A stretch of DNA of 64,000 nt from the NCBI GenBank assembly GCA_024650005.2, contig CP122380.1, positions 1,536,001-1,600,000 on the forward strand, in the 5' to 3' direction. This DNA is from Candidatus Bathyarchaeum tardum. GTDB lineage: Archaea; Thermoproteota; Bathyarchaeia; Bathyarchaeales; Bathyarchaeaceae. Positions 51,029 through 61,538 of this stretch are shown here, piece after piece. Position 1 is the stretch's first letter; the number at the start of each line of letters is the position of its first letter. Position numbers and translations under genes: made by a program. The notes beneath the pieces were generated by a model. The model saw nothing but the letters and a program-made list of their open reading frames with translations, ran no database searches and had not been told where the DNA came from.

Positions 51029-52098
51029 GGTAGAGCCTCGCAGAGTTTTTCTAAGCCCTCTTTTATCTTATCTTCCTCTGCAGTTAAAGCTATTCTGAAG
51101 AATTCTCGGTAGTCACCAAAAGCGGTTCCAGGAGCTACAGCAACGCCATGGTCTAAAAGGTCTAAAGCAAATCGTTCAGAATCTAAGCCATCAACCTTAG
51201 GAAAGAGATAAAACGGTGCATCAGGCTTAGAAAATTTCATCGGGGAATTAGAAAGAACCCTATACGCGGCATCTGCCCTCAACTTGAATTGGGTACGAAT
51301 GTCATCAGCAATTTTTTGTCGTGATTCTAACCCTTTTAGAGCGCCGTACTGAATGAAAGCTGGAACACATGTTGTGGTGATTTGGTTTAGTTTAATCATT
51401 TGTTTAACTAGATCTTTTTCAGCTACCACATAGCCGATTCTCCAACCAGTCATCAAAAACGTTTTTGAAAAACCACTAACGAGAATGTTTTCGCCTCCAA
51501 AATCAAGGATAGATTTTGCCTTAACAAAACTGATATCAGAATAGACTTCGTCGGACAGAACTTTTACTCCTTTACTTTTCGCAATTTCAACAATTTCACT
51601 GAAAGTTTTGTCATCAATAACTTTACTTGTTGGGTTATTTGGGCTGTTTAGAATTATCATCCGCGTTTTGTCATCAATTAATTCATCCAGTTTTTCAGGG
51701 TCTATTTTCCAGTCAGATTCAAGGTCTCTATTCAAGAGGCGAATCTCGGCTCCAAGCTTTTGTGCACCTAAAGCGTAACTAGTCCAGTGCGGAGAAGGAA
51801 CAACAACATTGTCTCCTGGCTTTAACGACAAAAATAACAAAGAAAATATCCCCCATTTTGAACCAGTAGTAATTACTACATTGTCTACTGAAACGTCATG
51901 GATTTTAGCCAGTTCTTCTCGAAGTACTTTTTCTCCAGCAGCAGATGAATATTTTGTTTTTCCTTGTTTCATGGCTGCATATGCTGCTTCAATGATTTCA
52001 GGGGGCGTAGGTAAATCAGGGTCGCCTAGGTTGAATTTGATAATTTTTTTTCCTTGATTTTCGAGTTGTATCGCCTTTTCGCTTATTTCATACAGCAT
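51025..52098 (-). CDS. Class I PLP aminotransferase (aromatic/aspartate)
   Basis: NNPT, SDEVY, SKT..MTGWRIG. Confidence 0.9.
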   Translation of the reverse strand: MLYEISEKAIQLENQGKKIIKFNLGDPDLPTPPEIIEAAYAAMKQGKTKYSSAAGEKVLREELAKIHDVSVDNVVITTGSKWGIFSLLFLSLKPGDNVVVPSPHWTSYALGAQKLGAEIRLLNRDLESDWKIDPEKLDELIDDKTRMIILNSPNNPTSKVIDDKTFSEIVEIAKSKGVKVLSDEVYSDISFVKAKSILDFGGENILVSGFSKTFLMTGWRIGYVVAEKDLVKQMIKLNQITTTCVPAFIQYGALKGLESRQKIADDIRTQFKLRADAAYRVLSNSPMKFSKPDAPFYLFPKVDGLDSERFALDLLDHGVAVAPGTAFGDYREFFRIALTAEEDKIKEGLEKLCEALP

Positions 52099-52173
52099 TT
52101 TTGGTTAACTCCAACTGACATAGAATAGACTGATTTTATCATGAACAAATTAAACGAACTGTTTTAAATCTTC

Positions 52174-52449
52174 TTATTCTGCACCTTGAACAAACACAGA
52201 CAAAGCAACAATATCTTTGAAGATTGCCTCAACTTTTTGGGGGTCAAGACCAGCTTCTAACGCTTTTGACATAACATGCAGGTAAACTTCGTCTTCTCTG
52301 AGATGGTCTTTAACTGCTAGACCATTTTGTGCCTTGATTACTCCGATGCTTTTACACAGGTCCATTCTTTCTTTTAAAAGAAGGATCAATTTTTCGTCAA
52401 TTAAATCAATTTTCTTCCGTAGGGTCACAATATTCTCCAACAGCTTCAA
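52174..52449 (-). CDS. aroQ: Chorismate mutase (AroQ type)
   Basis: LR..ID.ID..L..LL.ER...IG..K...D..RE. Confidence 0.88.
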   Translation of the reverse strand: MKLLENIVTLRKKIDLIDEKLILLLKERMDLCKSIGVIKAQNGLAVKDHLREDEVYLHVMSKALEAGLDPQKVEAIFKDIVALSVFVQGAE

Positions 52450-53551
52450 CTCCCAAGACTTTAGGTATCAAACCAGCTCTGAGCATTTGATCAATCAAAA
52501 CCAAGGCAACTGCAGATTCAACAACAGGAACAGCCTTAGGCACAATACATGTATCATGTCTGCCCTTAACTTGAATTTTTGTATTATTCATTTGCAGCAA
52601 ATCTACAGTTCTTTGTTCTTTATCAATGGACGGTGTCGGCTTAATGGCTACTCGAAGCACAATGGGCATCCCAGAAGACATGCCTCCAAGAATTCCACCA
52701 GAATTATTGGTAGTTGTTTTAACTTCTCCATCCTGCATCATATATGGGTCATTATTTTCTGAACCTTTCAATCGTGAAGATTCAAATCCAACACCAAATT
52801 CCACACCTTTAACAGCAGGAATCCCAAAAAGGATCTTTGCAAGATCAGCATCCAAAGAATCAAACAACGGCTCCCCAACACCCGGCAATACATTTAATGC
52901 AAAGCAGTCCACAATTCCTCCGACACTGTCACCTTCACTTTTTGCTTTCAAAATTGCATTTTCCATCTGTTTAGAAGCAACTAAATCAGGGCATCTAACT
53001 GAACTGTCATAAGTTTTTTCCCGAACATCCTCCACAGAAAGAGCTTTTTTTATGGTTACACCCCCAATCGCAGAAGTGTAAGCCATAATCTCAACACTTG
53101 CAAGTGCAAGCAGTTTCTTAGCGATGGCTCCTGCCATAATATAAGCAACAGTAAGGCGACCAGAGAATCGTCCTCCACCTCGGTTGTCATTGAAGCCGAG
53201 ATATTTGATTCTCGCAGGATAATCGGCATGTCCAGGTCGGGGAGTATGACGTATCATATCGTATGAATCTGAAACAACTTCCTTGTTCCAAACAAGAATA
53301 CAAATTGGAGCACCAGTCGTAAAACCTTCATAAGTTCCCGAAAACAACTCGACTACGTCTTCTTCTCTTCGAGCAGAAACAATTTCTGCTTTTTGGGGTA
53401 AACGTTTGTCCAATTCATTTTGAATGTCTTCTACACTTAAAGGAAGACCAGCAGGACACCCATCTATTACTGCGCCGACACATCGTCCATGGCTTTCTCC
53501 AAAACAAGTTACTACAAATTCTTTTCCTATTGAATTAGAGCCCAACAACAT
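52406..53551 (-). CDS. aroC: Chorismate synthase
   Basis: GESHG, RPGHAD, GGGRFSGR, KPTPS, RHD.C. Confidence 0.95.
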   Translation of the reverse strand: MLLGSNSIGKEFVVTCFGESHGRCVGAVIDGCPAGLPLSVEDIQNELDKRLPQKAEIVSARREEDVVELFSGTYEGFTTGAPICILVWNKEVVSDSYDMIRHTPRPGHADYPARIKYLGFNDNRGGGRFSGRLTVAYIMAGAIAKKLLALASVEIMAYTSAIGGVTIKKALSVEDVREKTYDSSVRCPDLVASKQMENAILKAKSEGDSVGGIVDCFALNVLPGVGEPLFDSLDADLAKILFGIPAVKGVEFGVGFESSRLKGSENNDPYMMQDGEVKTTTNNSGGILGGMSSGMPIVLRVAIKPTPSIDKEQRTVDLLQMNNTKIQVKGRHDTCIVPKAVPVVESAVALVLIDQMLRAGLIPKVLGVEAVGEYCDPTEEN

Positions 53552-54812
53552 TGCCTCCTAACGCTCGCAAATCATTAAAGAACTGCGGATACGACTTATT
53601 TATACATTCAACGTTTTGAATCTTTGTTTCTCCCTTCGCACCCAAAGCGGCAACTCCACAGGACATAGCGATTCGGTGGTCGTTATGAGGATTAATTGTA
53701 GCCCCAAACAAGGGGTACCCTCCATTTATGGTCAAACCATCTTCGGTCACTTCGATGTCTGCACCCATTTTTTTCAGTTCCGTGCTTATTGAATTTAGTC
53801 TATCAGACTCTTTGTACTTTAACCGTTTTGCATTAAATATCGTAGAGCGCCCTTTAGCATAACACGCAAGAACAGCACAAACTGGAACTAAATCTGGAAT
53901 ATCCTTCGCATCAATGTCAATACAGGTAAGGGGTTTGCCCTCGATTTTTACTGATTCTTCAGTTACTTCAACTGATGCACCCATGTCTTTCAGTATCCCC
54001 AGAATTGCCCGGTCACCTTGTGCGGTTTGATAAACAAGACTATTCACAGTTATCATTGATGAAGTCACTGCAGCAGCAGCAAAAAGAAACGCAGCAGAAG
54101 AAAAATCTCCAGGAACAACATTGTCACAAGGAATAAAACTTTGATTTGAAGGAACCCAAAAACCTGACATGTCCTGTTTTACTGCTCCTTGAAAACCGTA
54201 TTTTACAAGAACTTCAAGGGTCATCTCGACATAACCTTTAGATTCCAAAGGAGTAGAAACAGTAATATCAGTATCTTCTGAGGCTTTTGGACAAGCAAAT
54301 AACAATCCAGAAATAAACTGTGAACTCACATCACCCCGTATGGAAGTTTTTCCACCTTTGATTCCCCCACCACAAACAACGACTGACGACCCATCGCTCT
54401 GAACAGTAGATTTTATTCCCAACTCTTTTAGGCTGCCAAGAAGAGGAGCAATAGGTCTTCGAGCAAATGATGCTCCAAAAAGAAACTTTGAAGAACCAGA
54501 AGCAAGGGCTGCAACAGGTACCATAAAACGAAGTGTAGATCCAGATTCTCTGCAATCTATGGGATTTTTTGGAGTTTTAACGCATCCAGTTCCATGAATT
54601 ATCCAGCAGTTTTCTCGGATTTCAGTCTCTGCTCCTAGAGCATTTACTGCATCCATGGTTGCTTGGGTATCATCAGAAAATAAGGGATTAAATATTTTTG
54701 AAGTACCTTCAGAAAGTGACGCCGCGATAACCAAGCGGTGCGTGTAAGCCTTGGAGGGGGGAGCAGAAACCACACCTTTCAGAGCAGCTGTGTGTTCAAC
54801 TGTCAAATCCAA
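53535..54812 (-). CDS. aroA: EPSP synthase
   Basis: PPSKAYTHR, SSQFISG, KESDR, DHRIAM. Confidence 0.95.
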   Translation of the reverse strand: MDLTVEHTAALKGVVSAPPSKAYTHRLVIAASLSEGTSKIFNPLFSDDTQATMDAVNALGAETEIRENCWIIHGTGCVKTPKNPIDCRESGSTLRFMVPVAALASGSSKFLFGASFARRPIAPLLGSLKELGIKSTVQSDGSSVVVCGGGIKGGKTSIRGDVSSQFISGLLFACPKASEDTDITVSTPLESKGYVEMTLEVLVKYGFQGAVKQDMSGFWVPSNQSFIPCDNVVPGDFSSAAFLFAAAAVTSSMITVNSLVYQTAQGDRAILGILKDMGASVEVTEESVKIEGKPLTCIDIDAKDIPDLVPVCAVLACYAKGRSTIFNAKRLKYKESDRLNSISTELKKMGADIEVTEDGLTINGGYPLFGATINPHNDHRIAMSCGVAALGAKGETKIQNVECINKSYPQFFNDLRALGGNVVGL

Positions 54813-54815
54813 TTT

Positions 54816-55691
54816 TTAAAGGACCACCCTTGCTTTCTCCAGATTAACCTGAGCCTCTAAAATGTCGCCTACATAATTCTGCCAAGCTTCTTTAACAGAC
54901 TTTAAGTTGTCTTTAGAAACTATTGCAGTAACAGCAGGACCAGTTCCGGATAACCCTGCAGCCAAAGCACCCGCCGTGAGAGCATCAACTGCAGGAGAAG
55001 GATCATAACCAAGAACAGAAGAATAAACTAACCCGTTCAAGGTTAAAGCAGCCCAATAGTTCCCATTCAAGGCTTCATTGTAAGCTATTTTAACAGCAGA
55101 AGACAAAGCTCGCATACGGTTCACATTGGAACTAACAGTATAGGTTTTTTGTGCAGGAACATAAAACAAAACAGCAAGAGGAGCTTCGGGTAACTCAAAA
55201 CGCTTAATGATTTCGCGTTCCAAATTATCGGTTATTACAACCCCGCCAAAATAAGAAGCACAAGCATCATCAAAAGCCCCAGTTATGGTAACCTTTGCAT
55301 CCAAAGCAGCTTCAACGCCCAACCGCACCAACGCAACATCATCCAAACTGCGTTCTAATGCCGCAGCAGTTGCCAGAGCAATTGCATTTGCTGCTGCACT
55401 GCTACTTTTCATACCACGGGCAACAGGAATAGAAGAACTAGTTTCAACTTTTGCACCAAATTCATTCTCTAAACCAAAATGCTTGAAGACACGCTCAACA
55501 GTTTTTTGTGCCAAAACAGGATTCTCTGAAGAATCAGAACGAATAACAACATCCACTTGTCCAGTTTCACCAGTCAGTTTTACTATGGCTTTTGTCCAAA
55601 GGTCCACACCTACTGCTGCGCCTTTTCCAGTAGCGATTGCATTAATTATTGTAGCTGCACCATGAGATATTGCTTGGGCATGTCCATGCAT
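54816..55691 (-). CDS. aroK: Archaeal shikimate kinase (GHMP)
   Basis: NAIATGKG, P.ARGMKSSSA, TGAFDD, LSGTGP. Confidence 0.93.
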   Translation of the reverse strand: MHGHAQAISHGAATIINAIATGKGAAVGVDLWTKAIVKLTGETGQVDVVIRSDSSENPVLAQKTVERVFKHFGLENEFGAKVETSSSIPVARGMKSSSAAANAIALATAAALERSLDDVALVRLGVEAALDAKVTITGAFDDACASYFGGVVITDNLEREIIKRFELPEAPLAVLFYVPAQKTYTVSSNVNRMRALSSAVKIAYNEALNGNYWAALTLNGLVYSSVLGYDPSPAVDALTAGALAAGLSGTGPAVTAIVSKDNLKSVKEAWQNYVGDILEAQVNLEKARVVL

Positions 55692-56557
55692 TAATCTGAA
55701 CCTCCATTTTTTAGGGCATTCAATGCAGCTTTTCTCATAACCTCAACAGGAGCAGGACAATTAGTCCAAATGTGAAAAGCAACAGAACCTTGATAAATGA
55801 GCATTTCAAGTCCTGAAATAACTTTTGCACCTACAGTTTTTGCATCTTTCAAAAGTTTAGTTTCCAAAGGATTGTAAATAATGTCCATCACATTAAGATC
55901 AGGACGCAATAGCTTCGACGGAACAGGGCTAATTTCATTGTCCGGATGCATACCCACACAAGTTGCGTTAATTAGAATGTCCGCTGTTTCAAGTTCTTGT
56001 TTAAGGACTTTAAAAGAAAGGGGTCCACTTTTTACTGATGCACCAAAATTTTTGGGCAATAACTTAACCAAGTTTTTTGCTTTGTCAGAGTTTCTGTTCA
56101 AGACCACAAGCTCATTAACGTTCTGGGCGGCTTGATATGCTATTGCTTTTGCTGCACCTCCAGCGCCAAGAAGCACAAGTTTCATTTTTTCAGGACAAAC
56201 ACCATTTTCTTGCAGAGCAATAATTGCTCCTTCGCCGTCTGTGTTGTATCCCCTCAGTTTTCCCTGATTGTTAAGAATAGTATTTACCGCGCCAACAGAT
56301 TTTGCGGTGACGTCAAGTTCATCAAGGTACTTGATAACCTCGTTTTTGTGGGGCATAGTCACGTTTAATCCGTTTAGACCTAAACTTTTTACACCCAAAA
56401 GGGCGTCCTTCAAATCTTTGGCAGTTACGGTAAAAGCAACATAAACAAGATTCAATCCAAGTTCTTTGAAGGCCGCATTATGCATTACAGGACTAAGGGA
56501 GTGCTCTACAGGGTCACCGATAATAGCGCACACTTTAGTTTTTCCTGAGACATTCAT
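55691..56557 (-). CDS. aroE: Shikimate dehydrogenase
   Basis: HSLSP, NVTMPHK, AVNT, NTD, GAGGAA. Confidence 0.95.
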   Translation of the reverse strand: MNVSGKTKVCAIIGDPVEHSLSPVMHNAAFKELGLNLVYVAFTVTAKDLKDALLGVKSLGLNGLNVTMPHKNEVIKYLDELDVTAKSVGAVNTILNNQGKLRGYNTDGEGAIIALQENGVCPEKMKLVLLGAGGAAKAIAYQAAQNVNELVVLNRNSDKAKNLVKLLPKNFGASVKSGPLSFKVLKQELETADILINATCVGMHPDNEISPVPSKLLRPDLNVMDIIYNPLETKLLKDAKTVGAKVISGLEMLIYQGSVAFHIWTNCPAPVEVMRKAALNALKNGGSD

Positions 56558-56558
56558 A

Positions 56559-57245
56559 CTATTTTAGCCCCAAAGTCTCGTATGCAAGATTCATTTCATG
56601 TATAGTTAATTGTCCTTTTGCAGTTTTTCTTTTTTCGTCAAGACAAGCAAAGGTAAAAAAGGCACCAAAAACAGGGGACAACAAACGAGAAGGTTTGCCA
56701 TAATCTCCCATAGCAAAACAAACGATTTTAGATTGCTTAGACGATTTAGAAACAAAATCTAAAACTACTAAGTTGTCTTCAACTGTTTCAGCAGTAGTTA
56801 TAATCTTACAAACATCAGCACCTAATGCAGATATTTCATCTTGAACTTTTCTTAACTCAGATACCGAAGGTGTTTGTTTAAAATCATGAAAAGAAACAAT
56901 AACTTTGGCTGCAGCAGCATGCAAACTCTGGATTAACTGAACTTGATTAGGTGTACCTAAATCCACATCAACATATTCAAAACCATTTTTTGCTGCGTCA
57001 ACCAATATTTTTTGGCGTTCAGTTTCGGTGCCCATAAAATTACCGTGTTGTTTTGTTGATTTGTTTGTAGCAATCAACGGAGTTTTAGTACAAGATGCAA
57101 TTTCTTTTAGGCACCCGTGATTTTTGAGACTGTCTAACCTAATTTCAATAAGGTCTGCGTGTAAACTATCAGCAGTTTGAAGTAATTCAATTGCTTCATC
57201 AACTGTTTTAGGTGGAATTGCAACGCAGACTCTAATTGTCAACAC
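56559..57245 (-). CDS. aroD: Type I 3-dehydroquinate dehydratase
   Basis: EIRLD, SFHDF, K, AMG..G..SR. Confidence 0.92.
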   Translation of the reverse strand: MLTIRVCVAIPPKTVDEAIELLQTADSLHADLIEIRLDSLKNHGCLKEIASCTKTPLIATNKSTKQHGNFMGTETERQKILVDAAKNGFEYVDVDLGTPNQVQLIQSLHAAAAKVIVSFHDFKQTPSVSELRKVQDEISALGADVCKIITTAETVEDNLVVLDFVSKSSKQSKIVCFAMGDYGKPSRLLSPVFGAFFTFACLDEKRKTAKGQLTIHEMNLAYETLGLK

Positions 57246-58309
57246 TCGATCACTGCTTCTTCTTTCACCAATGTTCCAAAATGCCTTCCGCCTTCTTCCA
57301 CTTGGGCAAGAATTTTGTCTCCCTTTGTTAGGTCAGTTACAGCTTTGGAGCCTTCGGGAGTAACAACTCTTATAGTCTCAGCGTTTTGGGCAATAAGTTT
57401 CAAACTTTTGCCATTATATTCTGCTTCAATTAATAGCATTGGACGCCACTCAATTTTTGAGCGTGCAACATTGGTTACCCTGACGTTTCCTGCTCGGTCT
57501 ACAATAAGTACTTCTTCCCCAGATTTTAGTTCAGACAAATATCTCGTCCGGTTTGGAGAAGTAAGAGCATACAAAGATAAAGGTCCAGCATTAACCCTAA
57601 AAGGACGAGTTTCCACGTATGGACTTTCGTGAACTTCTGCTTGAACTAAAAACAAGCCAGAAGATTGACAACCCAAAAGCATGCCCTCTCCAGGTTTCAT
57701 AAGTTCACAGGTGTCAATACAAGAACGAGCTCCGGTTCCAATCTCTTTTACTTCAGTAACCTCAACAGGAACCAAACCAAGACCGACAGACTCTTTTTTG
57801 GCAAACTCTGCCGTTTGCTTGAGTTCTTCAAGACTATCGGTCTTCAGAACTACACCGTCTGAACCAAGTTCCAAAGTTTCTAAGGCAACTTTTGCTTCTT
57901 TTGTGTTAGAAACTTCCGCTAAAAGTTTAGTTTTTCCCCGGGTCTTTGCGATGAGATTCTCCAAAGGAATGATTTTCCAGTCAGGAGTACCAACAATAAC
58001 ATAATCAGACAAAAGTTCCGCAGCAGCTATTGCTGTTTCTTCATCCTTTTTGCTTTCAATAATCATTTTCACTGCAACACATTTGCCGTCAGCCTTCAAC
58101 TTTTTTACGGATTCAAGTTCAGACGAAGAAACAGTAACAATGTCAGCGTCCCCAGAATCCGAAGCAACAGAAAGCCCAGCTTTTTTTGCATCGTCAATAT
58201 CTTTTGCATCAACTAAGGCAACGTCACAAAACTGCGCTGCAGATTTTAGTAACTTAACTTTTTGAGGGTTAGGAAGGGCCACATCGATTTCAACCCAAAG
58301 GTACTTCAT
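57239..58309 (-). CDS. aroB': 3-dehydroquinate synthase II (oxidative deaminating)
   Basis: WKIIPLENLIA, R.CIDT, RPFRVNAG, QNAETI, RHFG. Confidence 0.93.
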   Translation of the reverse strand: MKYLWVEIDVALPNPQKVKLLKSAAQFCDVALVDAKDIDDAKKAGLSVASDSGDADIVTVSSSELESVKKLKADGKCVAVKMIIESKKDEETAIAAAELLSDYVIVGTPDWKIIPLENLIAKTRGKTKLLAEVSNTKEAKVALETLELGSDGVVLKTDSLEELKQTAEFAKKESVGLGLVPVEVTEVKEIGTGARSCIDTCELMKPGEGMLLGCQSSGLFLVQAEVHESPYVETRPFRVNAGPLSLYALTSPNRTRYLSELKSGEEVLIVDRAGNVRVTNVARSKIEWRPMLLIEAEYNGKSLKLIAQNAETIRVVTPEGSKAVTDLTKGDKILAQVEEGGRHFGTLVKEEAVIEC

Positions 58310-58310
58310 T

Positions 58311-59096
58311 TTATTCACCAAGGATTTTCATTGCATCATCAACTGACGCATTATTATGAATAATCGCTGAAAGTGCCTTAACCATGTTTGTAGGGTTTTC
58401 ATGTTGGAACACGTTTCTTCCTATAGAGAGACCCGATCCGCCACCTGTTACCGAATCTTTTACCATCAGTAAAACATCTTTAGTGGTTTCGGCTTTTGGT
58501 CCACCAGCAATGATAACTGGAACTGGACAAGAATCAGTAACTTGTTTGAAAGATTCAACAGTACCTGTGTAGTTTGTTTTAATGATATCAGCTCCAAGTT
58601 CTGCTCCCAAACGGGCTGCATGGGCAACTACATTTGCAGAATGGGCGTTTTTGATGTTTGGTCCTCTTGGATACATCATAGCCAATAACGGCATACCAAA
58701 ATCGTCACATTCACAGGCGACTTTGCCTAAGGTTGCAAGCATACTATCTTCGTTTTTTGAGCCAACGTTAATGTGCACTGAAACTGCGTCTGCACCTAAA
58801 CGGACAGCATCGTCTACAGTTCCCACTTGCATTTTGTTGTTGGGTTCAGGACAAAGGGCTGAAATTCCAGACAAATGAATGATTAATCCGGCGGTTCCGT
58901 TGTCTACTTTTTTTGCGATTCCCCGGTTTATGAGAACTGCGTCAACGTCTCCAAGCAACAACTTGTCAATGATTTCTTGCATGTTTGTTAGTCCTGTAAC
59001 TGGACCAACAGTTACTCCATGGTCCATTGGGACAATCACGGTTTTGTTGTCACTTCTGAAGATTCTTTTTAATCGTCTTTTTTTACCTGTTTCCAA
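58311..59096 (-). CDS. aroA': 2-amino-3,7-dideoxy-D-threo-hept-6-ulosonate synthase (class I aldolase)
   Basis: PMDHG, MMYPRG, ELGADIIKT, AGG, GRNVFQ; adjacent to aroB'. Confidence 0.9.
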   Translation of the reverse strand: METGKKRRLKRIFRSDNKTVIVPMDHGVTVGPVTGLTNMQEIIDKLLLGDVDAVLINRGIAKKVDNGTAGLIIHLSGISALCPEPNNKMQVGTVDDAVRLGADAVSVHINVGSKNEDSMLATLGKVACECDDFGMPLLAMMYPRGPNIKNAHSANVVAHAARLGAELGADIIKTNYTGTVESFKQVTDSCPVPVIIAGGPKAETTKDVLLMVKDSVTGGGSGLSIGRNVFQHENPTNMVKALSAIIHNNASVDDAMKILGE

Positions 59097-59111
59097 AGGT
59101 TCTTGTCTCCT

Positions 59112-60149
59112 TTAGAGGAACTTCTTTACTTTCAAGTATTCTGCGTTAAGGACACCGCATCCAGCGGCTCCCCGTATCGTATTGTGACCCAAAGCAATAA
59201 ACTTCACCCCATCCATCACAGGGTCTTTTCTGAGCCTACCAACTACGGTGCTCATTCCGTTGCCTTCCATACGGTCTAATCGGGTTTGTGGACGATTATT
59301 TTCCCAAGTAACTATAACTGGTTTTTCTGGAGCCGAAGGCAATTTTAAGGTCTGCGGTTCACCAATGAAGTTTTCCATAGCATCAGCTACAGTTTCAGGT
59401 TCTGCTTTCTTTTTTGTTGCCACGAAAACTGCTTCCATATGGCCATCAATTGTTGGAACTCTGTGACAGCTAGATGAAACCTTGAAGTCAGCAGGTTTAG
59501 AGGCAGTACCCAGAATCTTTTGGGTTTCAGATTCCATTTTGGGTTCTTCTCCACCGATGTAAGGAATGACGTTATCCACGATATCCAACGAGGCAACTCC
59601 AGGGTATCCGGCACCAGATATTGCCTGCATCGTGGATACTATGAGGCTTTTGATGCCAAATACATCATAGATTGGCTTTAAAGGCAAAGTTAGAACAGTG
59701 GTGCTACAGTTTGGGTTAGTGACAAGGATGCCGTCCCATTTTCGTTTTTTTTGTTGTTCTTCAATTAGGCTAACGTGTTCACAGTTAATTTCTGGGTTTA
59801 GCATAGGAACATCCGGATCCATTCGGTGGGACGATGCGTTACTAACTACCACATTTCCTGCAGAAGCAAAATCTTCCTCAACTTTTCCTGCTACATCCGA
59901 AGGCAATGCTGAGAAAACTATGTCAACATCTTTTACTTCACTTGGAGTAATGTCCACTACTTCCATTTGTGCGACAGCTTCAGGGACTGGAGTTGATTGC
60001 CTCCATCTGGAAGCTTCTCCGTATGTTCTTCCGGCACTTCTTTCTGAGGCTGCAACAGTTGTTACTTCAAACCAAGGGTGATTTTCTAGCAGTTGAACAA
60101 ATATTTGTCCAACATTTCCTGTTGCACCTAATACAGCAGCTTTTAACAT
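59112..60149 (-). CDS. asd: Aspartate-semialdehyde dehydrogenase (archaeal type)
   Basis: GATG.VG, NPNC, QAISGAG, HNTIRGAAG. Confidence 0.95.
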   Translation of the reverse strand: MLKAAVLGATGNVGQIFVQLLENHPWFEVTTVAASERSAGRTYGEASRWRQSTPVPEAVAQMEVVDITPSEVKDVDIVFSALPSDVAGKVEEDFASAGNVVVSNASSHRMDPDVPMLNPEINCEHVSLIEEQQKKRKWDGILVTNPNCSTTVLTLPLKPIYDVFGIKSLIVSTMQAISGAGYPGVASLDIVDNVIPYIGGEEPKMESETQKILGTASKPADFKVSSSCHRVPTIDGHMEAVFVATKKKAEPETVADAMENFIGEPQTLKLPSAPEKPVIVTWENNRPQTRLDRMEGNGMSTVVGRLRKDPVMDGVKFIALGHNTIRGAAGCGVLNAEYLKVKKFL

Positions 60150-61402
60150 GACTCATTATCCCCTAATGCAGTTGTTACTAATTCCAAAGCTTTTTCTTTT
60201 TCGTTCCAATCCACAAAAAGAAGAATACTGGAAGTGATTGTCATGAGCCCAAAAATATTTATGCAGTTTACTCGCAGAGCCTCAGATATTCGTCCAGTAA
60301 GACCCGGAGTTTTTTCTAAGCCAACCCCCTTGATTTTAAGGAACGCCAACTGTTTTCGCACAGACATAGCCAAGGTTTCTTCATGCTTCAGTATTGCTTC
60401 ATGCATTTTCTCTAACAGAACTTTAGAATCAGAGTTTTCAGTAACATACAATATCATCGAATCACGGTTCAAAGATAACCCGAGCAATTCAGCGTGTTCT
60501 TCGGCGGTTTCAGCTAATTCTTTTATAACTTGAGGATTCTGTGACACATCATTTCCTACAACAGTAATAGACAAAACAGGAGAAGGACTAGCAAACTCGG
60601 CACCTAAATCACCAGAAAGTGTTCCTTTTATTATTGTGCCTTCAACATTTAGGTCGCCGTGAATGTTTCGGATTACTCTCACTCTTACTGATGCCTCCTT
60701 GTAACGTAATGCTTTTCTGTGAATGAATTTTGTGCCCGAATCGGCCAAACCAACCAATGTTTTTACGTCAATTTCTGGAATCCGCTGAGGATTACTTATC
60801 ACTTTTGGGTCAGCGGTCATTATTCCTTCAGCGTCAGTAACTAAGATTAGCTCATCTGCTTCTAAAGCCTTCGCTAAAATGAAAGCAGTTGTATCACTTC
60901 CACCACGACCCAACGTAGTTACCCGACCATTCTGAGTTCTACCCACGAAACCGGCAATAACAGGAATAACTCCAGATTCGACAAGGGGCAACACATGCTG
61001 CTTTACACGGTTGTAACACACATCCAATAATGGATTGGCATCTGAAAATGAATCATCAGTAACAATAGGCCACTCGGGGTCATGTGGATCGACATACCAA
61101 GCCTTTATTCCCTGGGCTTTTAATGCCACAGCCATGATTCTAATGCTGGTTCGTTCACCCATTGCCAGAATTTCATCTAAATCAGGCTTATGCAGCCTAC
61201 CATTAGAGCTGTTTTTGGCAGCATTGAACAGGGTATCAGTAGTTTTTCCCATAGCGGAAACAATTACTGTGATTTGGGTTCCTTTCTTTGCTTCGTTAGC
61301 AACTGCCGTAACGGCTCGCAATATTTTCTCGTGGTCGGCCAGACTAGAGCCTCCAAATTTTACCACGATTCTTTTTTGTTTTTTTTCATTATTTTTGTTC
61401 AT
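60143..61402 (-). CDS. lysC: Aspartate kinase
   Basis: VKFGGSS, VSAMG.TTD, TTLGRGGSD; start revised to ATG 61402 (GGAGTG SD). Confidence 0.92.
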   Translation of the reverse strand: MNKNNEKKQKRIVVKFGGSSLADHEKILRAVTAVANEAKKGTQITVIVSAMGKTTDTLFNAAKNSSNGRLHKPDLDEILAMGERTSIRIMAVALKAQGIKAWYVDPHDPEWPIVTDDSFSDANPLLDVCYNRVKQHVLPLVESGVIPVIAGFVGRTQNGRVTTLGRGGSDTTAFILAKALEADELILVTDAEGIMTADPKVISNPQRIPEIDVKTLVGLADSGTKFIHRKALRYKEASVRVRVIRNIHGDLNVEGTIIKGTLSGDLGAEFASPSPVLSITVVGNDVSQNPQVIKELAETAEEHAELLGLSLNRDSMILYVTENSDSKVLLEKMHEAILKHEETLAMSVRKQLAFLKIKGVGLEKTPGLTGRISEALRVNCINIFGLMTITSSILLFVDWNEKEKALELVTTALGDNESC

Positions 61403-61418
61403 AATAACTAAACACTCC

Positions 61419-61465
61419 AAAAAGCCCAGAAAACTAAAGACAATAAATTTCAGTTACCTGGACCT
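61419..61465 (-). terminator. Hairpin plus U-tract between the leader ORF and the lysC SD (candidate attenuator)
   Basis: Minus strand AGGUCCAG/CUGGGCUU outer stem and AACUGAA/UUUAGUU inner stem, ending in U5 directly before GGAGUG. Confidence 0.6.
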
Positions 61466-61538
61466 AATTATAAAAGAAATAGCTAAAACTATAGAACATC
61501 GAAGAATTTGTTAATGTAGTCGTCGAATGGCTGTTCAT
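61464..61538 (-). CDS. Candidate attenuation leader peptide MNSHSTTTLTNSSMFYSFSYFFYN
   Basis: 24 codons; 4 Thr in 5 codons, then 7 Phe/Tyr in 9 codons; lies between a TATA box and the ask-asd-aro operon. Confidence 0.6.
   Translation of the reverse strand: MNSHSTTTLTNSSMFYSFSYFFYN

Noticed and set aside
52070-52173. Possible uORF ahead of the aminotransferase-tyrA genes
   Set aside because: MIKSVYSMSVGVNQKCCMK has no aromatic cluster and no hairpin
61035-61514. 159-aa plus-strand ORF and similar antisense ORFs across the lys/aro operons
   Set aside because: Antisense to well-supported genes with no motifs of their own
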